DNA from: Bdellovibrionales bacterium
GTDB lineage: Bacteria > Bdellovibrionota > Bdellovibrionia > Bdellovibrionales > JAKFYE01
Direction of reading: 5' to 3'
DNA length: 64,000 nucleotides
Assembly (NCBI GenBank): GCA_965116215.1
Contig: OZ220494.1
Coordinates: forward strand, 769,863 to 833,862
In this document: positions 55,191-64,000 of the stretch, one piece after another
Numbering within the stretch: position 1 is the stretch's first letter
Layout of the letters: each line of letters starts with the position of its first letter
Translations under genes and position numbers: made by a program
The notes under the pieces: model-generated
What the model was told of the DNA's origin: nothing
The model's input: only the letters and a program-made list of their open reading frames with translations
The model's database searches: none

Positions 55191-56261
55191 TTAGGTTTTT
55201 ACTTTTAACACTCTCCAAAGCCCCAAAAGCAAAAGGCCACATACAACTATTCCATTGGCTGACCATGCCGCTAAAAAGGGAGAAATATACCCATTTTTTC
55301 CTAAAATAAGCCCTGATCGGTAAGCTAACCAATACAAAATCGCAAACAAAAAACTCAGAGCAAAGCCCCTCAAAACATCTTGAGAAAATCGCAGAGAGAA
55401 AGGAACCCCTAGTAAAACCATAATTAAAGGTGTAAAGGCAAAACCTAAACGAGCATGATAATTCACCTCATAACGTGTTGTGTCTATACCTGAGTTCTTA
55501 TTTTTTTCAATAAATGTACCTAACTCCTTCAGAGGCAAGGTCCCCGTCACATTTCGACGGATAGAAAAATCTATACTGCCCTCTGGCATTTGTATCACTG
55601 TGTTCTCAAATATCTCAGATGTCTTTTCTATGTGTTGAATCTGGCCTTTAAAAAGATGCCAAACCCCGCCCTCCACATTGACACGATTAGCAGTGATGAT
55701 CTGTGATAATCCCCAATGAGGATCAAATTTATACATAGTTAGACCATGCAGGGATACATTTTCCCTATCGATAGACTGCACGCTAAATAGGGTGTCTTTC
55801 GAGCGGTACCAAATTCTACCCCTTTTTGCCGTCGCATACAATTGAGGCTGATTTTTTATTTGAACATAGTAGATATATCTACGCTTTTGCTCAAAAAAAT
55901 GCCCTAAATAATTATAGGAAAAGAAGACCAAAACTGAAAATAGAAAAACCAAAAAAACAATACTTCTTTCAATTCTCTTAATAGAAACACCTAGAGAAAA
56001 AGCAGCTATAATTTCATTTTCTTTATTTAAATAAGATAAAGCTAAAACTGTACCAAAAAGGCAAATGAAGGGGAACATTTGATAGCTCCAAACAGGTAAG
56101 CCATACATTTGGTACTTAAAAACAGTGAATAAATCCACTGTATTATAGGCCATCAAGGAAAGGGTATCAATAACCACTATAAGAACTAAAGTTAGGGCTA
56201 ACACGCCAAAGAAATAGAAAATGAAGCATTTTAAAATATATCGATCCAGAGTATTAAACAT
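55191..56261 (-). CDS. LptF/LptG-family (YjgP/YjgQ) LPS export permease
   Basis: MFNTLDRYILKCFIFYF... It has six TM segments with a central periplasmic beta-jellyroll-sized loop. Confidence 0.8.
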   Translation of the reverse strand: MFNTLDRYILKCFIFYFFGVLALTLVLIVVIDTLSLMAYNTVDLFTVFKYQMYGLPVWSYQMFPFICLFGTVLALSYLNKENEIIAAFSLGVSIKRIERSIVFLVFLFSVLVFFSYNYLGHFFEQKRRYIYYVQIKNQPQLYATAKRGRIWYRSKDTLFSVQSIDRENVSLHGLTMYKFDPHWGLSQIITANRVNVEGGVWHLFKGQIQHIEKTSEIFENTVIQMPEGSIDFSIRRNVTGTLPLKELGTFIEKNKNSGIDTTRYEVNYHARLGFAFTPLIMVLLGVPFSLRFSQDVLRGFALSFLFAILYWLAYRSGLILGKNGYISPFLAAWSANGIVVCGLLLLGLWRVLKVKT

Positions 56262-56349
56262 AAAAGAAATTATATAAGCGGTCTCATTTAAAAAGCATCG
56301 TATTTTCTCTCCACTTGACTCAATTTATCAAAAAGCGTTTACTTCAAGT

Positions 56350-57570
56350 ATGCCTTTACACATTTTATTGATTGATAATAGCAATACTATTAAGAAAGCA
56401 ATAGAAATGGCACTTCAAGATTATGGTGTTGATATAAAGACCCTGAGCACAGGAGTTGATATTGCCCATACTGTAGAATCCTTTAAACCAGATATTGTTT
56501 TTTCAGACATTATGCTTAGAGAGAAATCAGGATATGAAGTCGCCACAGAACTTAAAGCCCTTCAAAATGACCTACCTGTTGTGCTCTTATGGAGCGAATT
56601 CATGAACTTCAATGATAAAAAAGCTAAAAACAGTGGTGCCGTAGCCCATTTAAAAAAACCCTTTGATAAAAAGCAACTTCTCAAAATTGTTAAAGAACAT
56701 GTAAAATCTCTCAATTCACAAAATGTTGAGCAACAGCCTTCAACGGAAATTTCTATATCCACAATAAAATCTGAAGAGGTGGAGGAAGATTCTTTCCATC
56801 ATTTTGTGGAACTTCCTGACAATCATACGCCAAAAAAAGTATCCTCTTTATCAGACACTGATCCAAATACACCTGAAAAAGATGAGAATAGTTCTTCTGA
56901 TGTTATTGATTCCACAGAAGTTGTGTGGTCTATAGACGAGAGCGAAAGTGCCTCACCACCTCAGGCAGAGACAAAGGAGAGTGAGCTACCTGAACTCGCA
57001 GAAGAAAAAGATGACTTTGTTCAAAGCGATCTTAATGCACTTCCTCCGCTTGAATCTCAAAAACTTCAAACAGAAAAATCCCCCCTCTCTCTTGAACAAG
57101 ATAATTCTGAAAAAGATAGCCCTGAAATTGAAATACCATCAATACAAGATACTCCTCAACCACCTCCCATTTCACATCGTTCTCCTGAAGAAAAAGAAGA
57201 TGAAGATGGAGATGAAGATTATAAAATTGATGTCCCCGAAGAAAATGTAGACTTTGATGAAATGACAGTTGGATTTACCGAGCCTGCTGATGATAAAAAA
57301 TCACCCTCTTTAGACAAAACTGAGATTTTACCTATTCAGGAGAAAAAATTGCAGACAAAAGAACAAGTGACCACTCAAACAACCCCTCCTGACAAGAATG
57401 TTAAAGTTTCACCTACAACAAAACCTCTTTCTGAAAAGGAATTGAGAAAAATTCTGGGCGAACAAAGTCGCGAAGTTATTGAAAAAATTGTATGGCAGCT
57501 CGTTCCCGATATGGCGAGTAATATTATTCGTGAAGAGTTAAATAGGCTTCTTGATGACACTGACAAGTAA
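56350..57570 (+). CDS. Response-regulator receiver protein with a long Pro/Glu/Ser-rich linker and a short conserved C-terminal helix (RomR-like architecture)
   Basis: It has a CheY-like receiver (ILLIDNS...DIVFSDIML...LKKPF), about 230 aa of low-complexity acidic/Pro-rich sequence, and the C-terminal VIEKIVWQLVPDMASNIIREELNRLL. Equating it with RomR is inference. Confidence 0.75.
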   Translation: MPLHILLIDNSNTIKKAIEMALQDYGVDIKTLSTGVDIAHTVESFKPDIVFSDIMLREKSGYEVATELKALQNDLPVVLLWSEFMNFNDKKAKNSGAVAHLKKPFDKKQLLKIVKEHVKSLNSQNVEQQPSTEISISTIKSEEVEEDSFHHFVELPDNHTPKKVSSLSDTDPNTPEKDENSSSDVIDSTEVVWSIDESESASPPQAETKESELPELAEEKDDFVQSDLNALPPLESQKLQTEKSPLSLEQDNSEKDSPEIEIPSIQDTPQPPPISHRSPEEKEDEDGDEDYKIDVPEENVDFDEMTVGFTEPADDKKSPSLDKTEILPIQEKKLQTKEQVTTQTTPPDKNVKVSPTTKPLSEKELRKILGEQSREVIEKIVWQLVPDMASNIIREELNRLLDDTDK

Positions 57571-57585
57571 TTCCTAGGGTTCATA

Positions 57586-58395
57586 TTGGATACTCAGAGA
57601 CTTATTGAAATTGCAATTGAGGAAGACCTACCCAATGGAGACATTACAACAGATGCCTTAAGCCTAGAAAATAAAAAGGGCTGTGCACGACTCATCGCCA
57701 AACAAGACATGGTTCTCTCTGGCTCTTCCCTCTTTGAACAGACAATAGGATACTTCAATCCAGATATTGATTACTCTTGGTACTTTAAAGACGGCGAATC
57801 TGTGCTTTCTGGACAAAATTTAGCCGCCATAAAGGGCTCTCTTACCGCCATGTTAAAGGGGGAGCGTATTGCCCTAAATTTTCTGGGACACCTCTCTGGT
57901 ATTGCAACTCTTACAAAGACATATGTTGATCAAGTTCATGGAACTCAAACAAAAATACTTGATACGCGAAAAACGCTCCCTGGATGGAGGGCTTTACAAA
58001 AGCGTGCAGTCGTCGATGGAGGAGGAGTTAATCATCGATTCTCCTTAAGTGAAAAAATAATGATTAAAGATAATCACATAAAAGCTGTAGGTAGTATAAC
58101 TCAAGCCTTGGAAAAAATCCCCTCTCCTCAAGAAATTATTATAGAGGTTAGAAGTTTCTCTGATGTCCAAGAAGCCCTATATTTTAATGTTGGCCATTTA
58201 CTGTTGGATAACATGGATAATGAAACTCTTGAAAAATGTTTGAATATCATACCAAAACATATAAACACAGAAGTGAGCGGCCAAATAACCTTAGAAAGAA
58301 TACGATTCATTGCACCATTAGGAGTAGATTATATTAGCATAGGGGCTATAACTCACTCTGCATCCAATGCCAATATCAGTATGGATTTTGAATAA
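57586..58395 (+). CDS. nadC: Nicotinate-nucleotide pyrophosphorylase (carboxylating)
   Basis: EDLPNGDITT, ERIALNFLGHLSGIAT, DTRKTLPGWR, MIKDNH. The start is TTG. Confidence 0.92.
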   Translation: MDTQRLIEIAIEEDLPNGDITTDALSLENKKGCARLIAKQDMVLSGSSLFEQTIGYFNPDIDYSWYFKDGESVLSGQNLAAIKGSLTAMLKGERIALNFLGHLSGIATLTKTYVDQVHGTQTKILDTRKTLPGWRALQKRAVVDGGGVNHRFSLSEKIMIKDNHIKAVGSITQALEKIPSPQEIIIEVRSFSDVQEALYFNVGHLLLDNMDNETLEKCLNIIPKHINTEVSGQITLERIRFIAPLGVDYISIGAITHSASNANISMDFE

Positions 58396-58550
58396 AATGA
58401 GAATGATCTTGCAATGAGAAACAAGTAAAAAGAAGAGAAGGAAGAAAAATAGAAGAGTTTGAAGAAGTTTTCAGAAAAAAGAAAACAAAAAGCACTGAAT
58501 AATGTAGGTTTTTAAATAACGGTGTATATTTTGATTGTGAATGAGATGGT

Positions 58551-59282
58551 ATGTATGAAATGGAAGATACAGTGATGTTAAAAGAGTGGACAGAAAAATG
58601 GGTTAAAACAACCAATCTTCATTTCTGCTATTTAGAAAAGACAACAAGCACTAACGATATTGCAAAAAATCTTTTAAAAAAAAGTCAGGAGCCCTTTTTA
58701 GTTTTTACTAATTATCAAACAAAGGGCAGAGGACGAGGTGGAGCAACATGGACCAGCCCTCCACCAGGAACATCCCTTCAGTCCTCTTGGTGCTTTCCCT
58801 TAAACAGTCCACCCCAACCTATAACATCACCCTTAATAGGGTTGGCACTATATAAAACTTTAAAATCTACTTGGGTAGACCTTGATTACACTCTTAAGCC
58901 ACCAAATGATATTTATATAAATGGTAAAAAGATTTTAGGTCTACTTATTGAAACTGTCAGTCAAGGAGATTATCATAAAATTATTATAGGTTTAGGAATA
59001 AATATATTCGCACAACCTGAAGTTGATGGGGCAGGTTACCTTCAAGAAAATCTTCATCAACCCATTAGTGCGAAGAATTGGTTTAAATTTCTGGATACTT
59101 TATTAGCAGAATTCAGTTGGGCATTAGGAAAATGCATTGAGAAGAAACTAGAGCCCACAGATTGTACTTCTCTACTGGAAGCTCTAAACCCATTTGATAA
59201 AGAGAGGGCCTATAAAGCTGTAGAAACCGATGGTTCTCTTGTTTCAGAATCTGGTATGATAACAAAGTGGTCTTCATTATAA
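58551..59282 (+). CDS. birA: Biotin--[acetyl-CoA-carboxylase] ligase (group I, no HTH domain)
   Basis: It has QTKGRGRGGATW (the GRGRxGRxW motif) and KPPNDIYINGKKILGLLIE. The start is uncertain (M1 or M9). Confidence 0.85.
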   Translation: MYEMEDTVMLKEWTEKWVKTTNLHFCYLEKTTSTNDIAKNLLKKSQEPFLVFTNYQTKGRGRGGATWTSPPPGTSLQSSWCFPLNSPPQPITSPLIGLALYKTLKSTWVDLDYTLKPPNDIYINGKKILGLLIETVSQGDYHKIIIGLGINIFAQPEVDGAGYLQENLHQPISAKNWFKFLDTLLAEFSWALGKCIEKKLEPTDCTSLLEALNPFDKERAYKAVETDGSLVSESGMITKWSSL

Positions 59283-59549
59283 ATCAATATAACTTTATAT
59301 CACATCATTGACAGTGAACCCCTACTGAAAAAAGAAACCTCATCTTCTTTTTCAAATTGTCCACCTACAAAAAAGAGGAGGTGACAATTGCTTATAATGT
59401 GAACTAAAAATTGCTAACTCAGAGAGGAACTGTCAACACTTATACTAAACTGACCAGAACAAATATATCTATATTGTGAATAGAATCTATGAGAATCGCT
59501 TGACCTTATTTAAAGAGTGATCCAAATTTTATCCTAAAAGGGCTATTTT

Positions 59550-60101
59550 ATGGTTTTACTTCATACACCCCAAGCAGACTTTAATTCTTATTTACCGCAC
59601 TTCAATCTACCTTCTGTAGATGGAAAAGCATATAGCGATAAAGACTTTAAAGGTACTAAAGCTTTAGTTATTATGTTTATCTGTAATCATTGCCCTTATG
59701 TGCAAGCCATTGAAGATCGTATAATTGCTTTAGCTAGAGATCTCCAACCTAAAGGAGCAAATTTTGTTGCTATTTGTTCTAATGATCCTAATGACTATCC
59801 AGAAGATAGCTTGCCCAATCTAAAGAAACAATGGATAAAAAAGAAATACCCCTTTCCCTATCTCCACGATGAATCACAAGAAGTAGCAAAGTGTTTCAAA
59901 GCCATCTGTACGCCTGATTTCTTTGTGTATAATTCCAAAAAACAACTGGTCTACCGTGGACGATTAGATAATTCTTGGAAAGATCCATCGAAAGTCACTC
60001 ATGAAGAAATGAGAGAAGCCATCGAATCACTTCTTCAAAACCGCCTTGTTTCAAAAACTCAACATCCATCCATGGGCTGCTCTATTAAATGGAAGGAGTA
60101 A
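59550..60101 (+). CDS. Thioredoxin-fold (AhpC/TSA-like) protein
   Basis: VIMFICNHCPYV with a CxxC-type motif (CNHC), and a redoxin-like length. Confidence 0.7.
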   Translation: MVLLHTPQADFNSYLPHFNLPSVDGKAYSDKDFKGTKALVIMFICNHCPYVQAIEDRIIALARDLQPKGANFVAICSNDPNDYPEDSLPNLKKQWIKKKYPFPYLHDESQEVAKCFKAICTPDFFVYNSKKQLVYRGRLDNSWKDPSKVTHEEMREAIESLLQNRLVSKTQHPSMGCSIKWKE

Positions 60102-60115
60102 AAAAACAGAACCAT

Positions 60116-62254
60116 TCACCTCATCATGCTTTCAAGATCGTCTTCTACACTTCCATGGGTTTTATCAAATTCTTCTTCAAAACCATTACTTTCCATTACA
60201 CTACCTCTTATGACGCTATCAATAGTCGGACCGACCTGTTCAATTCTACCCGTTTTATACCCAGGCCTAATCGCACCCGATGAACGCAGCACAAAAGCCG
60301 TTGCTCTATTCTGAGTTGTCTTTGCAATCTTTAATAAAGCAACTCTGGAAGTAGGAGCTATTTTAATTCTTTTATTATATCTTCCACGAACAGATTGTGT
60401 CCCTACCACTTCAAGTAAATCCCCAACATTCAAACCCTGTCTTCTCCCACGATCTAAGAAAACAAAAGCGTTTGAACCTAAAACAAGTCTCTCCCTATCT
60501 AAATGCCCACCTAAAATAGTCGCTCTAACACTTTTCATATTTCCACTCAAACTTGTATCTACTCTAGATATTGGATCCCTAAAAAGTTTTTCACCGACCA
60601 TAACTTTATCTACAGCGTCTATCACTAATCCCTTATAAACCCCCTCACTCGTATTCACTAAATGAGTCAGTTGAATACGACCACTTAGTTCTATGGGATA
60701 TCCGCCCTCTTCCCCATCTGGCCCATTTATCCAATTCTTTTTAGAATATGATGTTACACTGTCTCCAATTTTTAAGCCCTCACCTTGTACAAACACGTAC
60801 TGATATGTTCCCGCTGTCGTTGCTCCTCCAGCCTCTACACCAACCACTTCACCTATCTCTTTTGGTTTATTTTCAGACAGATATGTCGTAACAGCCACTT
60901 TGGCCGATGCAAGATCTCTCTTATGACCAGAACTTGCAAATCCATCTTCATCATATTCATCTCCTGGTTTTGAATCCACCAGCTCGGGCAAGCTCGGTGG
61001 CAAAACTTTTAAAGGTGGAACCACAGCCTTTAGGGGCGGAGGAATCTCCGGCTCTTTCTCAATATACACAATATCCCCAGTAGCAGGATCTACAAAAGTC
61101 AACTCCTCCGACGGTTCACCATCTCCATCTTTCCCCCCCTCCGACTCATTATTAGTTGGCATGGCAGGTGTGGCAGGTGTGGCAGGTGTGGCAGGTGTGG
61201 TTGTCGTATCATCTTTGATGTCTATTTCCGGCGGAGTATTTAACCCTCCAGGGGTAAAAATTAATCGTCTTCCCGGTTGAATAACATGCGGATTTGTAAT
61301 GCTACTATTTAACTGCCAAACCTTAGGCCAAAAAAATCCACTTCCAAAAAACGTTATACTAATGTCCCATAGAGTATCACCTACTTGAACAACATACGAC
61401 TCAGAAGCACTGGCCCCAGCAATTTCTAACCACTCTTCATCTGTCGTTGGTCGACTATTAAATTGATAAAATATTCTCGAAATTTTCTTCTCTATTTCTC
61501 TATTGGGTTCATCCATAGGATCAGAAAAACGACCAGCTCCTTCTTCTTCAGATACAAAAGAGGCCTCAACATCACTATCCTGCTTCTCTGGTGACTCCTC
61601 AACAATCGGTACGGCTTTTTCCTCTCCCTCTAAAAGAGGAGCACTTTCATCCTGTTCTGCAGTGCTCTCTCCTTCTGAAAGAGGAACACTTTCATCCTGC
61701 TCTGCAGTGTTCTCATTGTCTAAAACACTCTCACCCTCTGAAGCACTAACTTCCTCTTGGTCTTGAGCTAGAACTTCATTCATATCTTGCACATCAACAT
61801 TTTCCAAAGGTTCCACCTCATCCCGACCAGGCAACACCAACTCATCTAAACCTTCTATTTCAGCAGGTACCAAATCCTCCTTTTCACCATCGACTAACCC
61901 TTCACTTTCACCAATAAAAGTAGGGTCTCCTTCCTCAAAACTTTTCAGTGCGTCCTCCCAGTCTCTTTTCTCCCAGTTGTTAAAGTCACTATCTAATTGG
62001 ACTAAACGGAGATGGGGTAAAGACACTCTTTCTAATATCTTACTTTTCAAATTATTTTGTTTTGCCGAACCAAAATCAGATAAAGGAGGCCGATTCTTAT
62101 CTGAGGGATACAATAAAGTTTTTTGTCTATTTGCAATAGACTCTATACCCAATATTTTTGCTGAATGAATATCTAATGAAAAGGCCTGGGCATAAGAAAA
62201 TGAGTGCAGATCAACAAAGTCACCTATCAGGCACAATGCAATCAAAGCTATCAT
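60116..62254 (-). CDS. Large secreted LysM-domain protein with an acidic repeat region and a Pro-Ala-Thr repeat
   Basis: It has a signal peptide, an acidic region with duplicated ESTAEQDES(V/A)PL(S/L)EGE, a LysM domain (YVVQVGDTLWDISITFFG...IQPGRRLIF) and TPATPATPATPAMP. The C-terminal 300 aa are unassigned. Confidence 0.7.
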   Translation of the reverse strand: MIALIALCLIGDFVDLHSFSYAQAFSLDIHSAKILGIESIANRQKTLLYPSDKNRPPLSDFGSAKQNNLKSKILERVSLPHLRLVQLDSDFNNWEKRDWEDALKSFEEGDPTFIGESEGLVDGEKEDLVPAEIEGLDELVLPGRDEVEPLENVDVQDMNEVLAQDQEEVSASEGESVLDNENTAEQDESVPLSEGESTAEQDESAPLLEGEEKAVPIVEESPEKQDSDVEASFVSEEEGAGRFSDPMDEPNREIEKKISRIFYQFNSRPTTDEEWLEIAGASASESYVVQVGDTLWDISITFFGSGFFWPKVWQLNSSITNPHVIQPGRRLIFTPGGLNTPPEIDIKDDTTTTPATPATPATPAMPTNNESEGGKDGDGEPSEELTFVDPATGDIVYIEKEPEIPPPLKAVVPPLKVLPPSLPELVDSKPGDEYDEDGFASSGHKRDLASAKVAVTTYLSENKPKEIGEVVGVEAGGATTAGTYQYVFVQGEGLKIGDSVTSYSKKNWINGPDGEEGGYPIELSGRIQLTHLVNTSEGVYKGLVIDAVDKVMVGEKLFRDPISRVDTSLSGNMKSVRATILGGHLDRERLVLGSNAFVFLDRGRRQGLNVGDLLEVVGTQSVRGRYNKRIKIAPTSRVALLKIAKTTQNRATAFVLRSSGAIRPGYKTGRIEQVGPTIDSVIRGSVMESNGFEEEFDKTHGSVEDDLESMMR
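61163..61198. repeat. Perfect 9-bp tandem repeat x4 (GGCAGGTGT) inside the LysM gene
   Basis: Read directly from the sequence. It encodes (PAT)n on the minus strand. Confidence 0.95.
61629..61714. repeat. 45-bp period tandem duplication inside the LysM gene
   Basis: Two 41-nt units (61629-61669 and 61674-61714) differ at 4 positions. Confidence 0.85.
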
Positions 62255-62871
62255 TTATGAGCGACTCCTCTTTCAACATGAGACAAATTTTCTAAATGGG
62301 CTCTTGATTTTAAAGCCTCAGAACTCCCAGGAAAAAGCCTTTTAATTCTCTGAAAAACATTGATAGCTTGAGTATTTAAATTCAGATTCTTATAAATCAC
62401 ACCCTTTATAAAATAAGCCGATTCTAATTTATTACTATTTGGATAATCTCGAATAATCATATCACTGACTTTTAAAGAATCAGAAAACTGACCATTTTTA
62501 TAATAATATACTGCGAGAAGATACAAAGCATTGTCTGCATGTACACTCTTAGGATACGTCTTTAGAAATATCTTTATACTTTTCTCTAAAGATTTTGTTT
62601 CTGCACGTTCATAGGCCTCTATAACTTTTCTATATAAAGAGTGCTCAGCAGAAACATTCTTTGATAATGGTTGAGACACCTGAGGTTTCAATCCAGACTT
62701 TAAAAGAGAGTTTTCATCACGAAGCATACGTATCTCCCTCTTAAGATCTTTAATTTTTAAAATTTGATGATTGATCCTTTCACCCAGGAGAGCCTCCGAG
62801 GACGTTTTCTTTTGCACCTTTGCGCAACTTATCAAAAAAAGAAAGACAAAGAAAAATAGTGTTGGTCTCAT
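62251..62871 (-). CDS. TPR lipoprotein, YbgF/CpoB-like (coiled-coil plus TPR)
   Basis: It has the lipobox FLISC, a coiled-coil segment (ILKIKDLKREIRMLRDENSLLK) and TPR-like YPKSVHADNALYLLAVYYYKNGQFSDS...YPNSNKLESAYF. The stop overlaps the LysM gene start (ATGA). Confidence 0.55.
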   Translation of the reverse strand: MRPTLFFFVFLFLISCAKVQKKTSSEALLGERINHQILKIKDLKREIRMLRDENSLLKSGLKPQVSQPLSKNVSAEHSLYRKVIEAYERAETKSLEKSIKIFLKTYPKSVHADNALYLLAVYYYKNGQFSDSLKVSDMIIRDYPNSNKLESAYFIKGVIYKNLNLNTQAINVFQRIKRLFPGSSEALKSRAHLENLSHVERGVAHK

Positions 62872-63197
62872 TGTGTCATACCCCTCTATCTAAATACAAT
62901 TTAGATTAACAGGAAGAAGACAAATAAGTAACAAGCCATACAAGATATAAATGCAATGCATAAGGCTACTTATCCACACGAATTGTGGAATACCAAGTTT
63001 ATTAGACCTTGGGCGAGCCTATTTGTAGGAGCTTTAGCTAATTGCTGAACCGGCTTGCAATAATAACCTATTGAAATTATTGAATTATATGCTCCTTTTA
63101 TCCATTCATGAAAAATCCTGTACAGACATATACCTAACGAGTCATCTTTTTTTAAGCATTAGGATTGTGGCCCGTTCATTGCTTTCATAGTTTTAAA

Positions 63198-64000
63198 ATG
63201 CTGCATCAACCTCATCTCCTATGTTTGAACTCGATTCCGTCCGCCACTCAGTTTCCGGAAATAATGGCAGCCCTTCTCTGTGGACAGCGTTTACCTTATC
63301 ATCGCATATTAGATTTAGCCCCCTTGGGTCTTATCCACCTGTTTGTTGTCTCCGGAGCACATCTCCTCTTTCTAGAAAACATCCTAAGACACATTCCCCT
63401 CAAAGGTCGATTTCAGAATATAACAGTTCTTACTTGTCTCTTTGCTTACACTTTAATCTCTGGGGCTGGTTTGCCCATTCTTCGTGCATTTATCCACCGG
63501 TGCCTAAAAATTGTTCGTCCATTTTTAGGTTGGAGGTCCGATCAAACTGTTTTTGTTTCCATTCTTATCCTTGCCCTGTCACATCCCGATTACATAGACT
63601 CCTTATCACTTTATTTAAGTTGGACAGCCGCTCTGAGCATCTATCACCCTTTTACTATAAAATCCGAACTCTTTAGATTTTTATTAATTATGCTCTTGCT
63701 CACTCCACTTTTGATTCATTTTGGAGCTCCTTCCCCCCTCTCTCTTCCTATACAATTTCTTTTTGTTCCCTTTTTTGGTCTTTTTATTTTTCCCTTCACT
63801 TTATTGTCTTACTTCATTCATCCCATCATCCCCCTCTATGACTCCACATTAGACCTTTTATTTAAAGTCCTACATTCTATTCCCCTCTCTCCTCTCGAAG
63901 TAGATAACTACCGTATGTCCTATCCTATGATTTACTGCCTCAGCATTCAGTTTATTTTCCATATTATTTCTATCAAAAATAAGAGAAACCAATGCAACCA
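63198..64000 (+). CDS. comEC: ComEC/Rec2-family competence channel protein, 5' part (partial; runs off window end)
   Basis: My own translation in the frame starting at ATG 63198 gives MLHQPHLLCLNSIPSATQFPEIMAALLCGQRLPYHRILDLAPLGLIHLFVVSGAHLLF..., followed by polytopic hydrophobic sequence with no stop up to 64000. The G(L)xHLxxxSGxH motif is the Competence-domain hallmark. The ORF-track call at 63221-63676 is in the wrong frame. Confidence 0.75.
   Translation, partial: MLHQPHLLCLNSIPSATQFPEIMAALLCGQRLPYHRILDLAPLGLIHLFVVSGAHLLFLENILRHIPLKGRFQNITVLTCLFAYTLISGAGLPILRAFIHRCLKIVRPFLGWRSDQTVFVSILILALSHPDYIDSLSLYLSWTAALSIYHPFTIKSELFRFLLIMLLLTPLLIHFGAPSPLSLPIQFLFVPFFGLFIFPFTLLSYFIHPIIPLYDSTLDLLFKVLHSIPLSPLEVDNYRMSYPMIYCLSIQFIFHIISIKNKRNQCN

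Noticed and set aside
63221-63676. ORF-track call of a 151-aa plus-strand protein
   Set aside because: It is in the wrong frame. The adjacent frame encodes an unmistakable ComEC Competence-domain sequence that runs off the window, and the 151-aa translation is Ser/Cys/Pro-rich nonsense.

Overview
This is an AT-rich chromosomal segment (G+C looks like roughly one third by eye; I did not compute it). It is densely coded, mostly on the minus strand, and looks like a Gram-negative bacterium. Several features suggest a Bdellovibrio-like or Oligoflexia-type organism: a MoxR/DUF58/BatA/BatB/BatD aerotolerance-type operon, a RomR-like response regulator, SpoVG, DUF1844, many lytic transglycosylases, an astacin and an Flp pilin. 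That lineage call is inference only.

Most of the window is housekeeping:
- smc (5' part), ppdK, glyQS, mrp
- prs-rplY-pth-ychF
- radA, glpK
- hutH-hutU-hutI
- rpe, fmt-def, an LptF/G permease, nadC, birA, comEC (5' part)
- one tRNA-Gln(UUG)

I saw no rRNA, CRISPR array, transposase, integrase or phage genes.

The parts housekeeping does not explain are:
1. **Split opp operon (about 32.3-41.4 kb).** An oppA-oppB / oppC peptide-permease operon is interrupted by two paralogous secreted trypsin-like-protease::Sel1-repeat fusion genes, and a Sel1-only protein follows them. A MITE-like inverted-repeat element family borders these genes and also occurs at 5.8-6.2 kb.
2. **NYN-domain cassette.** A 1.2 kb cassette next to tRNA-Gln is bracketed by a 24-bp direct repeat that duplicates the 3' end of the neighbouring outer-membrane gene.
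3. **G9 tract.** It sits between an out-of-frame ATG and the GTG start of that outer-membrane lipoprotein gene.
4. **HtpX/M48 homologue.** All zinc-ligand positions are substituted.
5. **Inositol operon.** It encodes myo-inositol-1-phosphate synthase, a CDP-alcohol phosphatidyltransferase and an astacin.
6. **Orphan Flp pilin gene.** It is hidden inside a longer ORF call.

No canonical defence or secretion system is recognisable. The protease-SLR/opp module is my best candidate for something undescribed, and the evidence for it is contextual only.
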